Part shown: positions 10,183 through 20,597 of the stretch, piece by piece
Layout: every line of letters begins with the position of its first letter
Position numbering within the stretch: position 1 is the first letter of the stretch
DNA from: Deltaproteobacteria bacterium
Lineage (GTDB): Bacteria; Myxococcota_A; Polyangia; Polyangiales; Houyiibacteriaceae
Length of the DNA stretch: 64,000 bases
Assembly (NCBI GenBank): GCA_034670305.1
Contig: JAXMNT010000016.1
Location: 64,001-128,000, forward strand
Direction of reading: 5' to 3'
Notes under the pieces: model-generated
The model's input: only the letters and a program-made list of their open reading frames with translations
Told to the model about the DNA's origin: nothing
The model's database searches: none
Program-made: the position numbers and the translations under genes

Positions 10183-11301
10183 ATGGCGCGACCACCGACC
10201 ACGTACTGGGACTACATCAAGACCGAAGAGCTGCTCGGTCTTCAGGGCGGCCTCGAACCGGACGACTCCACCCTGGAGAACGACGAGGTCCTGTTCATCA
10301 CGGTGCACCAGATCGACGAACTCTGGTTCAAGTTGATCCTGCGCGAGCTCGTCTCGGTTCGGAACTTGTTCGCGAAGGAACATGTGCCGGAGCAGTCCCT
10401 CGCGAACGCGGTGCGTGGACTTCGGCGCGCCGCACTGCTCTTCCACCAGGTCGCCGAACACTTCGCCCTCATGGAGACGATGACCACCCGGGACTACCTC
10501 GAGTTTCGAGACAAGCTCAGCCCCGCCAGCGGGTTTCAATCGGCGCAGCTGCGTGAAATCGAGATCGTCATGGGCCTCGAAGCGAAGCTCCGGGTCCCGC
10601 TCGGCCACGAAGCGACCTACCTCAAAGCCCTGCGCAACTCGGACGGTTCCGACTCACCCGCCTCGACCCGCGTGGCGCAACGCATGGCCGACCGCCCCAC
10701 GCTCCGGGAAGCGGTAGAGAACTGGCTCTTCCGCACTCCGATCCAGGGCTCGACCCCGGCCGACCCGGGCGACGCCGGCGCGGTCGCATCGTTCATCGAG
10801 GCGTACCTGGAAGCGCACGCGAAGGAGTCGGCGCGCGCCCGGGCGTTCGCAGACCACGACGGCCTGAGCGACGACGACCGCACCCGCCTCGACGGGCGCT
10901 ACGCTGCAGAGCGGGACGGCGCGCGCGCGTTCTTGCTCGCCGACGACGAGGAGGAGGACGCGCAGTCGCGCCGGAGCCGACTGCGTGCGTCTCTGCTCTT
11001 CATCGAGAGCTACCGGGAGCTACCCCTGCTCGCCTGGCCGCGCGAAGTCGTGGATGCGATCGTGGAACTCGAACAAGCGTCGCTGATCTTCCGTCAGCGC
11101 CACGCCCGCATGGTCGAACGAGTCATCGGACGCCGCACCGGCACCGGCGGCTCCGCAGGCGTCGACTACCTCGACAAGACCGCGCTGACCTACCGCGTCT
11201 TCCCGGACGTCTGGGCGATCCGCACCCTCCAGCTCCGCAAGACCGCGCTCCCCCCCCTCGCCGACCCGACCTTCTACGGCCTGGTCGCCGACTCGACCTA
11301 G
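10183..11301 (+). CDS. kynA: Tryptophan 2,3-dioxygenase
   Basis: 'TYWDYI..LLGLQ', '[17 protein letters not shown]', '[13 protein letters not shown]' and '[25 protein letters not shown]'. Confidence 0.95.
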   Translation: MARPPTTYWDYIKTEELLGLQGGLEPDDSTLENDEVLFITVHQIDELWFKLILRELVSVRNLFAKEHVPEQSLANAVRGLRRAALLFHQVAEHFALMETMTTRDYLEFRDKLSPASGFQSAQLREIEIVMGLEAKLRVPLGHEATYLKALRNSDGSDSPASTRVAQRMADRPTLREAVENWLFRTPIQGSTPADPGDAGAVASFIEAYLEAHAKESARARAFADHDGLSDDDRTRLDGRYAAERDGARAFLLADDEEEDAQSRRSRLRASLLFIESYRELPLLAWPREVVDAIVELEQASLIFRQRHARMVERVIGRRTGTGGSAGVDYLDKTALTYRVFPDVWAIRTLQLRKTALPPLADPTFYGLVADST

Positions 11302-11320
11302 CCCCGAGCAACGCGAGGCG

Positions 11321-11785
11321 CCCCGTGCCCGCGCCCCTGCCCGGTGATCTTGCCATCGTCGGCATCGGGCGTCGTTGCGGCCTCGGCCTCGCCTTCGGCA
11401 TCGGCTTCGGAATCGAATTCGGCTTCGGCATCGGCATCGGCTTCGGCTTCGGCTTCGGCTTCGGCGTCGGCTTCGGCATCGGCTTCGGCGTCGGCTTCGG
11501 CTTCGGCTTCGGCGTCGGCTTCGGCATCGGCTTCGGCGTCGGCTTCGGCTTCGGCTTCGGCATCGGCATCGGCTTCGGCTTCGGCATCGGCAGCGGCACT
11601 GGCATCGGCTTCGGCTTCGGCAGCGGCAGCGGCAGCGGCAGCGGCAGCGGCAGCGTCAGCGGCAGGGGCAGCAGAATCGGATTCGGCTTCCGCTCGAGTT
11701 CCAGGGTCGCGACCGAACCGCGGGCACGGGCACGGGCAAACCACACGTCCTTCCCGCTGCTTGCTTCCGCTTCCGCCGTCCGCAT
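11321..11785. repeat. Long mosaic hexamer array (TCGGCN, GCGGCA) with GTGCCC-like and GGGCAC blocks near the ends
   Basis: About 460 bp of mostly 6-nt periodic sequence between convergent genes. Confidence 0.95.
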
Positions 11786-11795
11786 CTTCCGACCG

Positions 11796-12872
11796 CTAGA
11801 GAATCAGCATCAAGTCACCGAACTCGTGGGCGAGGTACCCGCCCGCCACCGCGGCTTCGTGGGCCGCTTCCAAGACGTCGCGATCCGCGAACGCCCCGAG
11901 CAGATCCCAGTGGCTCTCGCCGGGCGAGTGCACGCCGGTGAGGATGCCGTCCACCGCGCGCAGGGCGTGGTGTCGGTCGATCCGGAGTTCGGCGAGGCCG
12001 AGCCCTGGGGACCATCCTGCCAGCGCGCACGACTCCAGCGCGCGGACCACGGTCGTACCCACGGCGACCACCCGCCGACCACGCGCCTTGGCGCGCGCGA
12101 CGCTTTGCAACGTCTCGGGCGGCACGTCGTAGCGCTCAGGCAGCGGAAGTGCGGCATCGAGCGCGGCGCTGCCGGTCGCGGACAGACCGGCGGCGTGGGT
12201 GAGCCACGCGAGTTCGACCCCGCGTGCTTCCAGCATCCGCAAGAGCGGCCACCGAAGCGGCCTGCCGGTCGACGCCATCTCCACCGCCCAAGGCCGCTGG
12301 CCATACGGCGTCTGCACCTGGTGCAGTTCGAGCGGTGCGTGCAGGTGGCGGTACTGCACCGGGCGCGCCGCAGCGTAGAGAAACGCCGCGAGCGCATCGC
12401 CCGATGCCGCGAACTCGAGTTCGACAAGCCGTCCCCAGCTCGAACGCACCCGTGCCGACATGCCTCGCCAACCAAGTCGTGCATCGACCGGCAGAGGCGG
12501 CGGTGGCGGCCGGGTGTCGGTGTCGTCGCGCCAGCTGCCTTCTCCGAACACCACCGCCCACCAGCGGGCTGGAAACGCGTCCGCATGCATTGCGTCCAGC
12601 GCGAAGCTCGGCCCGGCGAGTCGCAGCTCGATCGGCTGGTGGTCCCAGACCGTGTCCAGACTCGCAGGCAAAGTCGCAGCGTCGTTGAGGACGAGTACAT
12701 CGCCCGCCTGCAGGTGTTCCAACAGCCCCACGACGGGCGTGTCGACCACGTCCGGACCGGGCACGCGCAGCAGGCGGGTGTCCCGCCAGGGCCGGCGAGG
12801 ATCGGTGGCCGGCAGCAGCACGGATGCGGTTGCCGCGCTCGCACGATGCATCTTCTCCGCGGCGCCCATCAC
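11796..12872 (-). CDS. QueA-family (SAM:tRNA ribosyltransferase-isomerase-like) protein, divergent paralog type
   Basis: 'GDVLVLND', 'QTPY', '[13 protein letters not shown]' and '[14 protein letters not shown]'. The start overlaps the SDR stop codon. Confidence 0.85.
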   Translation of the reverse strand: MMGAAEKMHRASAATASVLLPATDPRRPWRDTRLLRVPGPDVVDTPVVGLLEHLQAGDVLVLNDAATLPASLDTVWDHQPIELRLAGPSFALDAMHADAFPARWWAVVFGEGSWRDDTDTRPPPPPLPVDARLGWRGMSARVRSSWGRLVELEFAASGDALAAFLYAAARPVQYRHLHAPLELHQVQTPYGQRPWAVEMASTGRPLRWPLLRMLEARGVELAWLTHAAGLSATGSAALDAALPLPERYDVPPETLQSVARAKARGRRVVAVGTTVVRALESCALAGWSPGLGLAELRIDRHHALRAVDGILTGVHSPGESHWDLLGAFADRDVLEAAHEAAVAGGYLAHEFGDLMLIL

Positions 12873-13630
12873 CCGCCCCCGATGGCCCGGGCGTCGACGC
12901 GACCGAAACGCGTGCCCTGGAGGTCGACGACGCGCGCGAGCAGGGCGCGGATGTCACGGGCCACATCCTCGGGGCGCGCGAGCACGCTCCGGTCGGCGTC
13001 CGGCATCGCATCGGCGTGCATGTCCGTGTCCATCTCGCCGGGGTCGATGCTCACCGCCCGCACGCCTGTGCCCTGGAGTTCGGCGTCCCAGATCTTCAAG
13101 AGCTGATCGAGCGCAGCTTTGCTGGCGCCGTACGCGCCCCAGGTGGCGTAGCCCTCGACCGCCGCGTCGGAGCTGATGCCGACCACGAGACCCCGGCGTT
13201 GCCGGAGCATCGAGGGGAGAAGCGCGTGGGTGAGCCGCTGGGGTCCGAGCACGTTGACCTCGAAGACTTGGGCGAGCGCGCTGGGATCGAGGTCCCCGAG
13301 CTCCGGCATCGGCACCGGACCGAGCGTGCTCGCGTTGTGCACGAGCACGTCGACGCCGCCCAGCAGCTCGAGCGCGCGCGCCGCCAGCGCGGTGGATGCG
13401 TGCCCGACGTCGGCTTCGACCGTGTGCAGCGTTCCGGGTCCATCGCTCGCTGCCGCGGCGAGCTGCGCGAGATCTCCCCGGCCGCGGGCCACCGCGACGA
13501 CGTGGGCACCGTGCTGCACCCATTGGAGCGCCAGGGCGCGGCCGAGTCCGCGCGAAGCGCCGGTGAGGACGACGCGGGTCGGGGTCGCGGTGGGTTCTTG
13601 GTCGGTCGGGTCTGTGTTCGTGTGGTGCAT
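12869..13630 (-). CDS. Short-chain dehydrogenase/reductase (SDR)
   Basis: 'TGASRGLG', 'HNAS' and 'YGASK'. A GGAG RBS precedes the ATG at 13630 (alternative 13636). Confidence 0.93.
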   Translation of the reverse strand: MHHTNTDPTDQEPTATPTRVVLTGASRGLGRALALQWVQHGAHVVAVARGRGDLAQLAAAASDGPGTLHTVEADVGHASTALAARALELLGGVDVLVHNASTLGPVPMPELGDLDPSALAQVFEVNVLGPQRLTHALLPSMLRQRRGLVVGISSDAAVEGYATWGAYGASKAALDQLLKIWDAELQGTGVRAVSIDPGEMDTDMHADAMPDADRSVLARPEDVARDIRALLARVVDLQGTRFGRVDARAIGGG

Positions 13631-13722
13631 GTTCATCTCCTGAACCACACCGTGCAGACGCCGCGCTGCCGTGGCGACGATTCGGATGCTAGGGCGTCCG
13701 TCGGTTGCAGGAGCATCCGAGG

Positions 13723-13870
13723 CCCCCGTGCCCGTGCCCGTGCCCGTGCCCTGCCCCGTGCCGAAGCCGAAGCCGAAGCCGAAGCCGAAGCCGAAGCCGA
13801 AGCCGAAGCCGAAGCCGAAGCCGAAGCCGAAGCCGGTGCCGATCCCGAAGCCGAAGCAGGGGCCCGAAGC
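13723..13870. repeat. Intergenic hexamer array (GTGCCC)n+(CCGAAG)n, inverted relative to most arrays
   Basis: Visible 6-nt periodicity. Confidence 0.95.
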
Positions 13871-13932
13871 GCGATGTGAGCGGCGGCCCGTGGGCCGCCA
13901 CAGCGCCGCGCGAGTCCGACGAGCGCGGCGCT

Positions 13933-14844
13933 CTAGTCGAACTCTTCGTCGCCCCAGTCGGAGGCGGCGGGAGACCAACTCTCGTAGTTGACGTGTAGGT
14001 GATGGATCGCGCCGTGCGCGCCGCCGACGAGCGCTCCGTCGCCCACGGGGGCGAGCGACCAGAAGTGTTCGTTGGAACCGACGTCCACCTGGGTCCAGCC
14101 TCGGCCGTCCTCGCTGAAGAGCACGGTGCCGCCAGAGCCCACCGCCAGGATGCCATCGGCGACGGTGTCGACCGACTCGAGGTCCGCGGAGATCTCGAGG
14201 CGCGGACTCGTCCAATCCGTTCCGTCTTCCGAGAAGAAGAGCTGCCCGCTGTCGCCCACGAGGACGAGCACGCCGTCGAGTTCGGCCATCGCACAGAGCG
14301 GCGCGCGGCCCGGGTTCTCCAGGGTCTCGAAGCTGCGCCCGTCGAATCGAACCAGTTGGTCCCCGTACAGCAGCACTTCGCGGCCACCGTCCCGGACGTG
14401 GAGCCCGAGCAACCGGCCTCCGCCACTGCGAACCTCTTGCCAGGTCTCCCCGTCGTCGTCGGACCGGTGGACCATGCCACCGTCGCCCGTGACGAGAAGC
14501 GCGCCGAACGCCTCGGCGATGCCGTAGAGGCAGCCGCCTTTGCGGGCGCCCTTGTTCCCGCACACGGTCCAACTCGATCCCTGGTCGACGCTCCGCGCGA
14601 TCATCCCGAACTCGCCGGCCACGAGCAGGTCGTTCTCCCGCGCCAGGCAGTGCCGCAGCCCGCTCGTGTCCGGGGTCGCCTTCTTGACGAACGGGCCGCC
14701 GTCTTCCGACGCCAGCATGGTGGTGCGTCCGTAGGTCCCGCCCGACGCGAACGCCCACCCGTCGTGGGTCGAGATCTTCGAGATGAACCCGAGGCTGTTG
14801 TCCTGCTTGTGCGCGGTGCGCAGCTTGTATTCCGGTGCCGTCAC
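13933..14844 (-). CDS. BNR/Asp-box beta-propeller protein (Ycf48-like)
   Basis: Repeated 'G..G....S.DGG.TW' motifs (SEDGG, SVDQG.SW, SDDDGETW, SEDGTDW). Confidence 0.8.
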   Translation of the reverse strand: MTAPEYKLRTAHKQDNSLGFISKISTHDGWAFASGGTYGRTTMLASEDGGPFVKKATPDTSGLRHCLARENDLLVAGEFGMIARSVDQGSSWTVCGNKGARKGGCLYGIAEAFGALLVTGDGGMVHRSDDDGETWQEVRSGGGRLLGLHVRDGGREVLLYGDQLVRFDGRSFETLENPGRAPLCAMAELDGVLVLVGDSGQLFFSEDGTDWTSPRLEISADLESVDTVADGILAVGSGGTVLFSEDGRGWTQVDVGSNEHFWSLAPVGDGALVGGAHGAIHHLHVNYESWSPAASDWGDEEFD

Positions 14845-15110
14845 CGCGCCAGGGTATCCCGTTCGGCGATCGTTCGAGGTGGAACCTGGCCGCTACCCCT
14901 GGCGGTTGCCCAGGAAACACCCGACCGAACGAGGAGAAACGTGGTGGCACGGACTGGCATGGAGCAGCGAAGCGTTGCAGCTGCCGGACCAGGCGAACAG
15001 AGACGAGCCGCCCGTTCCCGACGACGAGCGGCGGGCAGACGCGGACGTCAGCGACAGAGACGCCGCACGCGGCCTTGTTGTTGAAGCAACCAGAGTGCTA
15101 TCGCAGCGAC

Positions 15111-15659
15111 ATGGACATCGAACGCTCCGCGGAGAACCTCGCCCACAACATCCGCGCGCTCCGGGAAGCGCGCGGACTCAGCCAAGCGCAACTCGCCAAA
15201 CTCTCCGGCGTGCCGCGCCCCACCTGGGCCACGCTCGAAGGCGGCGGCGGCAACCCCACGCTCGCGGTGCTGCTCAAAGTCTCCAGCACGCTTCAGGTCT
15301 CGCTCGAAGAACTGGTCGGCCCACCGCGCGCCGCCGCACAGCTTTTCCCCGCCGCGAGCATTCCCGAGAAACGCCGAGGTCAGTCGCGCATCCGCGCGCT
15401 CTTGCCGGAGTCCCTTCAAGGCCTGCAGATGGAACGGCTCGAACTCCCCGCCGGCGCCGCCTTCACCGGCATCCCCCACACGCCGGGCACCCGGGAGTAC
15501 CTGTGCTGCGAACGGGGCGAGATCCTCCTCACCGCGAGCGGCACCGCCTGGACCCTGACCGCCGGTGACGTCCTCGTCTTCCGCGGCGACCAGAAACACG
15601 CCTACCGAAACGCCTCGAGGCGCGCCGCGGTGGCGTACAGCGTCATCGCGCTCGGCTGA
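15111..15659 (+). CDS. XRE-family transcriptional regulator with cupin domain
   Basis: HTH 'IRALREARGLSQAQLAKLSGV..LEGGGGNPTL'. Cupin 'PH..GTREY...GD..VFRGDQKHAYRN'. Confidence 0.92.
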   Translation: MDIERSAENLAHNIRALREARGLSQAQLAKLSGVPRPTWATLEGGGGNPTLAVLLKVSSTLQVSLEELVGPPRAAAQLFPAASIPEKRRGQSRIRALLPESLQGLQMERLELPAGAAFTGIPHTPGTREYLCCERGEILLTASGTAWTLTAGDVLVFRGDQKHAYRNASRRAAVAYSVIALG

Positions 15660-15670
15660 AACGGTGCGCT

Positions 15671-16006
15671 CTAGTCCTGCAAGAGGCGAATGAGATCCCC
15701 GATCGATCGGTGGGACTCGAGCGGATGCCGAAGAGGGACGTCGTGAACCACCGTGTAGTGGTTCCGCCGCCCGCGGCGCTCCCGGACCACGACGCCGACC
15801 TCCTCCAGTTCGCTCAGGATTCGGAGCACCGCACGTTCGGTGATGCCGACACGCAACGCCATGTCACGCACCCGCGCGTCGGGGTCCCGCACGATGCAAA
15901 TGAGCACGTGCGCGTGGTTCGATAGGAAGGTCCACGTCGGCTCCACGGCGCTGACCCTAGCAGCTTGATCCGGTGAACCTGAGGGTGTCTGTTGTTCGTC
16001 AGTCAT
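15671..16006 (-). CDS. Winged-helix (MarR-like) transcriptional regulator
   Basis: 'WTFLSNHAHVLICIVRDPDARVRDMALRVGITERAVLRILSELEEVG...RGRRNHY..LRHPLE'. Confidence 0.88.
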   Translation of the reverse strand: MTDEQQTPSGSPDQAARVSAVEPTWTFLSNHAHVLICIVRDPDARVRDMALRVGITERAVLRILSELEEVGVVVRERRGRRNHYTVVHDVPLRHPLESHRSIGDLIRLLQD

Positions 16007-17390
16007 CGTCGGCTCCTCCGCACCCCGTCACGGCCACCCATCGAGCCCGCGCCGCCCACAATCCCCGAAGCGCGTCGAGCACCGCCAGGGTGGCGGACAG
16101 CTCGGCTTGTTCGCGCAGGTTGACCACCATCAGCGTCGTCGCACCTTCGTCGAACCGGCGCCGCTCCGCTGCCGCGAGGCGGGCGCTCACCTCCACGAGA
16201 GATTCGGTGAGCGCCCCGCGCTCTTCGGCCGCACGCCAGGCGGACAACGCGTCGTCGAGCGAGCGCTCGAGCTGCTCCCGGGCCCACCGCGCGCGTTCGC
16301 TGACCTCTCGGACATCGGCGGCGGCGGCGTCGCGCGCTCCACGCGCTTGGCGCAGCCCAAGAGGAACCGACAGTTCGAGCTTCACTTCGAAGGCTGTGCC
16401 CACGAGCGTCTCCGATCCTTCTCCGAAGTCGCGCGAGACCTGCGCCGACGCATCGAGCTGCGGTGCGACCTGGCTGCGGGCCAATCGGCTCTCGACCTCC
16501 GCCGCGAGTTGCCGCGCGCGCCAGCGGCGGAGCTCTGGATGACACGCCAGAACCTCAGAGGCGGCCGACGGCGCCGCGGGGGCGTCGGGCTGCGCGGGCA
16601 GTTCGTCGAGCGTGGGCGTCCTCGGCTCCCCCGCGGCGTCCCGAAGGTAGAGCCCGAGCTCGAGGCCAGCCCGCTCGAACGCACGCCGGGCGGAGACCAC
16701 GGCGGAGCCTCGCGACAGAACACTGCGCTGCGCTTCGAGCAGCTCGACCGGTGCCAACAGACCGCTCTCGACCCGTCGCTCGACCTGCGAGACGCGGACC
16801 TCGGCGAGACGCCGCAACGCCTCCATGCCCACGAGGCGGTGACCCGCGGTCACCCAGTCGAAGTACGCATCGGTTGCCCTTCGACGGAGCGACTGTCGAG
16901 TCCCGGCGACGGCGTGGTCCGCGCCCTCGCGATTGAACCGTGCGACATCGCGGGCGGCCCGCCGAGCGTCTCTGGGTCCATCGCGCCAGAGCGGCACCCG
17001 CACACCGGCGCGCACCTCGCCCGCATCGAGCGTCTCGTCACCGTAGTAGCTCGGGTAGCGCTCCTGGTCGCCGACGCCGCGCCGGTACCCCGCCCACACC
17101 TCGGTGCCCCAGAGCGGCGTCGCCTGACGCAGTTCCACATCGACCTGGTCCAGGTGGTAGTAGCCACCGCGGCGCAGCGCGCCACGCGCACGCAGCTGCG
17201 GATCGAACGCACCACGGGCGCGTTGCTCCCCCGCCTCGGCGGCGTCGCGCGTCGCGAGCTCTGCCAGCACGAGGGGGTGGTGCTGATCGGTGGACGCGAG
17301 CACCTCGTGCATCTGCACTGGCGCTTGGGCGCTCACGGGGACGACCATCGCCGAGAGCACGAACGCTGCGAGACGAGCGGTCCTACGCAT
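15999..17390 (-). CDS. TolC-family outer membrane efflux protein
   Basis: Signal peptide, 'ARGAFDP', 'AYFDWV' and 'AAERRRFDEG..TLMVVNLREQ'. It sits in an operon with HlyD and ABC genes. Confidence 0.88.
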   Translation of the reverse strand: MRRTARLAAFVLSAMVVPVSAQAPVQMHEVLASTDQHHPLVLAELATRDAAEAGEQRARGAFDPQLRARGALRRGGYYHLDQVDVELRQATPLWGTEVWAGYRRGVGDQERYPSYYGDETLDAGEVRAGVRVPLWRDGPRDARRAARDVARFNREGADHAVAGTRQSLRRRATDAYFDWVTAGHRLVGMEALRRLAEVRVSQVERRVESGLLAPVELLEAQRSVLSRGSAVVSARRAFERAGLELGLYLRDAAGEPRTPTLDELPAQPDAPAAPSAASEVLACHPELRRWRARQLAAEVESRLARSQVAPQLDASAQVSRDFGEGSETLVGTAFEVKLELSVPLGLRQARGARDAAAADVREVSERARWAREQLERSLDDALSAWRAAEERGALTESLVEVSARLAAAERRRFDEGATTLMVVNLREQAELSATLAVLDALRGLWAARARWVAVTGCGGADDD

Positions 17391-18681
17391 CGGTCTCTCC
17401 CAGATCGACGGTGGGGGGAAACCCGTTGAGCTGGCGCCAGAGTTCGAACCCGAGCTTGACGCGGTCGAGCAGGATCCATCCTTTGGTGCGCGTGCCCTGC
17501 CGCAGGAACCGTCGCTCCGGCCACGGCTCGTCGTTGGGGTCGGCTACGACGACGACGCGAAAGTCACCCTGTCCGTCGTCGGAGGGATCGACGAACGCGA
17601 CCTGGCCCCCGAACGTGCCAACCGCGACGCTCGGCCACCCGCTGAACTGCACCGCAGGCCAGCCTTCGAACTGGAGTCGCACCAATCGACCCGCGGTGAT
17701 CAACGAGGCATCGTTTCCGTCGACCGTGAGTGCGACCGCGCGCACCTCACCGTCAGGGACGATGCGGGCCAACGTCGTGCCCCGACCGATCTGGACGTTG
17801 CCCTCGGGGACCTCGATTCGCTGCACCACGCCACCGCGCGGTGCGACGATGCGCTGTGCCGCCTGCTGCGCCAGCGCCGACTCGGCCGAGAGCACACCGG
17901 CCCGCGCACTCTCCACCGATCCACGCGCGCTCTCCAAGCTGGCACGGGCCGAGCGGAGCGACGCGTCCGCGGCCGCCTCCACCCGAGCGAGCGAGGATTC
18001 TTTCCGTTCGACGACCGTGCGACGTGCTTCGAGGTCCGCCTGTTGCGCCCGAAGCTCAGCCGCTGCGCGGGTCGCGTCCAATTCCCCGAGCTCGCGCTCC
18101 CGCGTCGACGCGAGCCCATCCGAAGCGAGTGCCTGAAGCCGCCCCTGCTGCCGCGAAGCGGTCTCGAGGCGGAGCTCGGTGGCGTCCACGACCTCGCGCA
18201 ACGCACGCAACGAACTGCGTGCCTCCGCGATCTCCGCGCGCGCGACCTCGAGCTGAGCACGTCGCGATGCCTCGACCGCCTCGACGCGCGCCTCGTGTGC
18301 GCTCAGTCCGGCCTGGCTCGCATCGAGTCGGCTGCGGGCCGCGTCCAGCATCGACTGAAGTCGGGCGGCGCGCTGGGGGTCGTTGTCTCGCAGGGTGACG
18401 AGCGGATCGCCGGCCTCGACCCGCTGACCTTCCACGACGTGCCACCGCTCGATCGTCCCACCGACGGTCGCCTGGATCACTTGGGGCCGCTGGTCGGGCG
18501 ACAGCGCGATGACCTCACCGCTCCCAGACACGTTCTGTTGCCAAGGGGCGAGTGCGGAGCACCCCACGAAGCAGACGAGCGCCATGGCGAGCCAACGGGC
18601 CACCCGGCGAGGGGCCGCGGGCACCGGAATGCGACGGGCCGCCGGCATCAGGGAAGCGAGCGCTCGATCCCGGGCGATCAC
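17383..18681 (-). CDS. HlyD-family secretion adaptor
   Basis: TM segment then 'PWQQNVSGSG', lipoyl halves, a coiled coil and 'VRLQFEGWPAVQFSGWPSVAVGTFGG'. The GTG overlaps the ABC stop and has a GGAGG RBS. Confidence 0.9.
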   Translation of the reverse strand: MIARDRALASLMPAARRIPVPAAPRRVARWLAMALVCFVGCSALAPWQQNVSGSGEVIALSPDQRPQVIQATVGGTIERWHVVEGQRVEAGDPLVTLRDNDPQRAARLQSMLDAARSRLDASQAGLSAHEARVEAVEASRRAQLEVARAEIAEARSSLRALREVVDATELRLETASRQQGRLQALASDGLASTRERELGELDATRAAAELRAQQADLEARRTVVERKESSLARVEAAADASLRSARASLESARGSVESARAGVLSAESALAQQAAQRIVAPRGGVVQRIEVPEGNVQIGRGTTLARIVPDGEVRAVALTVDGNDASLITAGRLVRLQFEGWPAVQFSGWPSVAVGTFGGQVAFVDPSDDGQGDFRVVVVADPNDEPWPERRFLRQGTRTKGWILLDRVKLGFELWRQLNGFPPTVDLGETDA

Positions 18682-20579
18682 GATCCGACCTCCACGACGA
18701 ACATGCCGTCGCCGTCCATCGATGCGATGACGATCGCATCTTCGAGCACCGGCTCGAACGCGCCCTCGGCGAGCAAGGCTCCGAGTTCCGGCGCCTCCAG
18801 CACGATGACCGTGGCGCCCTCGACGAGGGCGCGCGCGAGCATCAGGCGAAGCGCCTGCCCCCGACTGAGCGGTCCTCCACGCGCATCGAGGCGGGTGTGG
18901 AGTCCGGCCTCGAGTCCCCGCACGACCGTGGCGAGCCCCACCTTCTCGAGGCAGGACCACAGCCGGTGGGAGGGCGCGTGCCCGAGGTTCTCGTGGACTG
19001 TGCCGGGCCACAGCTCCACGTCCCGAAGCACGGCCACGTGCCGCCGAAGTTCCTCTCGGCGGAGCACACGGATGTCCTGTCCGTCGAGCAGGACCGACCC
19101 GCCGCGGGGCTCGCGCAGTCCGAAGAGCACGTCGACCAACTCGCGCTGAGCGGCGGCCGTCCCCTTGAGTACAGCGCGCACGCCTCGCACGAGCGAGAAG
19201 TTCACCGTCGTCGTCCCCACGGGAAGGTCCCGCACCACGAGCGACGACGCGCGCGCGGTGGACAGCCCTTCTCCGTCCGCGCGCTCGGCCGGCAGACTCA
19301 AGATCACGTCGAGCTTCTCCGCGGCGGCCACGAGATCGTAGGCCGTCTCGAGTTTGCCGCCGAGTTTGCTCAGCGCCGCGACGACCGCGGTGAGAATCAA
19401 TTCCGAGGCGACCAGCTGCCCGATGGTCAACTCCCGCTGAACCACGAGCAGCCCACCGATGCCGAGCAGTGCCACACTGCACAGCACCTGCAGCGCGAGG
19501 ACCCCGACGACCTGGCGGAACACGATGCGAAAGTGGCTCGCCCGCGCGTCGAGCCACTCCCCCGCCAACACGTCGAGGCGTGCGCGCGCCGCGCGCGCGC
19601 CGCCCGGTCGCTTGAGCGCGAAGAGGTGGCGGGCCATCTCCTCGAGCCAACCCGCGACCGCGTACTTCGCTTTCGACTCACGGCAGCTGGAGGGGGTCGC
19701 TCCCCGACCGAGCAGCAACGCGACCGCGAGGATGCCAGCGACGATCGCGAGGCCGAGCCCAAGCAGCAGCGGGTGGTAGAACGCGACGACCATGAGGCCG
19801 ACCACCACCGTCAAGGTGGCTTCCACCCCGCCGAGCATCAGCGCCGCGATCGCCTTCTGAGCGGTGAAGACATCAAAGAACCGGTTGACGAGCTCGGGCC
19901 CATGGGCCCGTTCGAACGCCGAGGCGTGAACCCGGGGCAGACGCTCGGAGAGCTGCGCCACCACCCGCACGAAGAAGCGGCGCTGCACGATCTCGACGAC
20001 CCACGCCTGAAGCGCGCGCAGCGTGGCCCCGAAGGTCAGTCCAGCCGCCAACAGCAACGCGACCACGACGATCGGCTGGACGAGCGCGCCGAACGCCACG
20101 GTGTTCACCAACACCTGAACCGCCAGAGGCAGGGCAAGGGAGAGGATGCCGACGCCGATCGCGTAGACGACGATGACGGCGAGGTCGGCGCGGTCCGCCG
20201 CGACCAGTTCCCAGGCGCGGCGCCACGGGCTGCTGGGCGGTGAGGTCCCCTTCGCCTTGTCCGGCCGACCTCGCTCGGCGCCGAGGTCGACGGCGAGCCA
20301 TTCGGCGTCTTGCATCGGCGTCACCGCGAGCCGGGATCGGAGCTCCTCGTGGGTGAGCCACACCGTCCGCCCAGACTCCGCCACCCGGACGCGCGTGCCC
20401 CGCGCCTCGAGCAGACCGAGTGGGACCCCCGCCGAATCGAGGACCAGGAGTGGACCGTCTTGGCGAAGGGCATCGAGCGCCACCTCCACAGGCGCTCGAA
20501 AACCCGAGGCCCGCATGCCCTCCGCCCGCAGCTTGCCCTCGGCCCAGGCCAGGGACGACTCGGTGGGGGGAGGTCCCAT
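18678..20579 (-). CDS. Type I secretion-like ABC transporter (C39-like N-domain, TMD, degenerate NBD)
   Basis: TMD 'ILSLALPLAVQVLVNTV..ELVNRFFDV..LTIGQLVASELI' and signature 'LSRGQ'. Walker A is missing. The start is uncertain (20579 vs 20642). Confidence 0.85.
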   Translation of the reverse strand: MGPPPTESSLAWAEGKLRAEGMRASGFRAPVEVALDALRQDGPLLVLDSAGVPLGLLEARGTRVRVAESGRTVWLTHEELRSRLAVTPMQDAEWLAVDLGAERGRPDKAKGTSPPSSPWRRAWELVAADRADLAVIVVYAIGVGILSLALPLAVQVLVNTVAFGALVQPIVVVALLLAAGLTFGATLRALQAWVVEIVQRRFFVRVVAQLSERLPRVHASAFERAHGPELVNRFFDVFTAQKAIAALMLGGVEATLTVVVGLMVVAFYHPLLLGLGLAIVAGILAVALLLGRGATPSSCRESKAKYAVAGWLEEMARHLFALKRPGGARAARARLDVLAGEWLDARASHFRIVFRQVVGVLALQVLCSVALLGIGGLLVVQRELTIGQLVASELILTAVVAALSKLGGKLETAYDLVAAAEKLDVILSLPAERADGEGLSTARASSLVVRDLPVGTTTVNFSLVRGVRAVLKGTAAAQRELVDVLFGLREPRGGSVLLDGQDIRVLRREELRRHVAVLRDVELWPGTVHENLGHAPSHRLWSCLEKVGLATVVRGLEAGLHTRLDARGGPLSRGQALRLMLARALVEGATVIVLEAPELGALLAEGAFEPVLEDAIVIASMDGDGMFVVEVGS

Positions 20580-20597
20580 CGACCCGACGAGATCGGC

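Noticed and set aside
11123-11941. ORFs of (AS)n, (GF)n, (PK)n, (RL)n and (AE)n dipeptides over the hexamer arrays, here and at the other arrays
   Set aside because: They are by-products of stop-free hexamer repeats, open in most frames, with no RBS or domain evidence.
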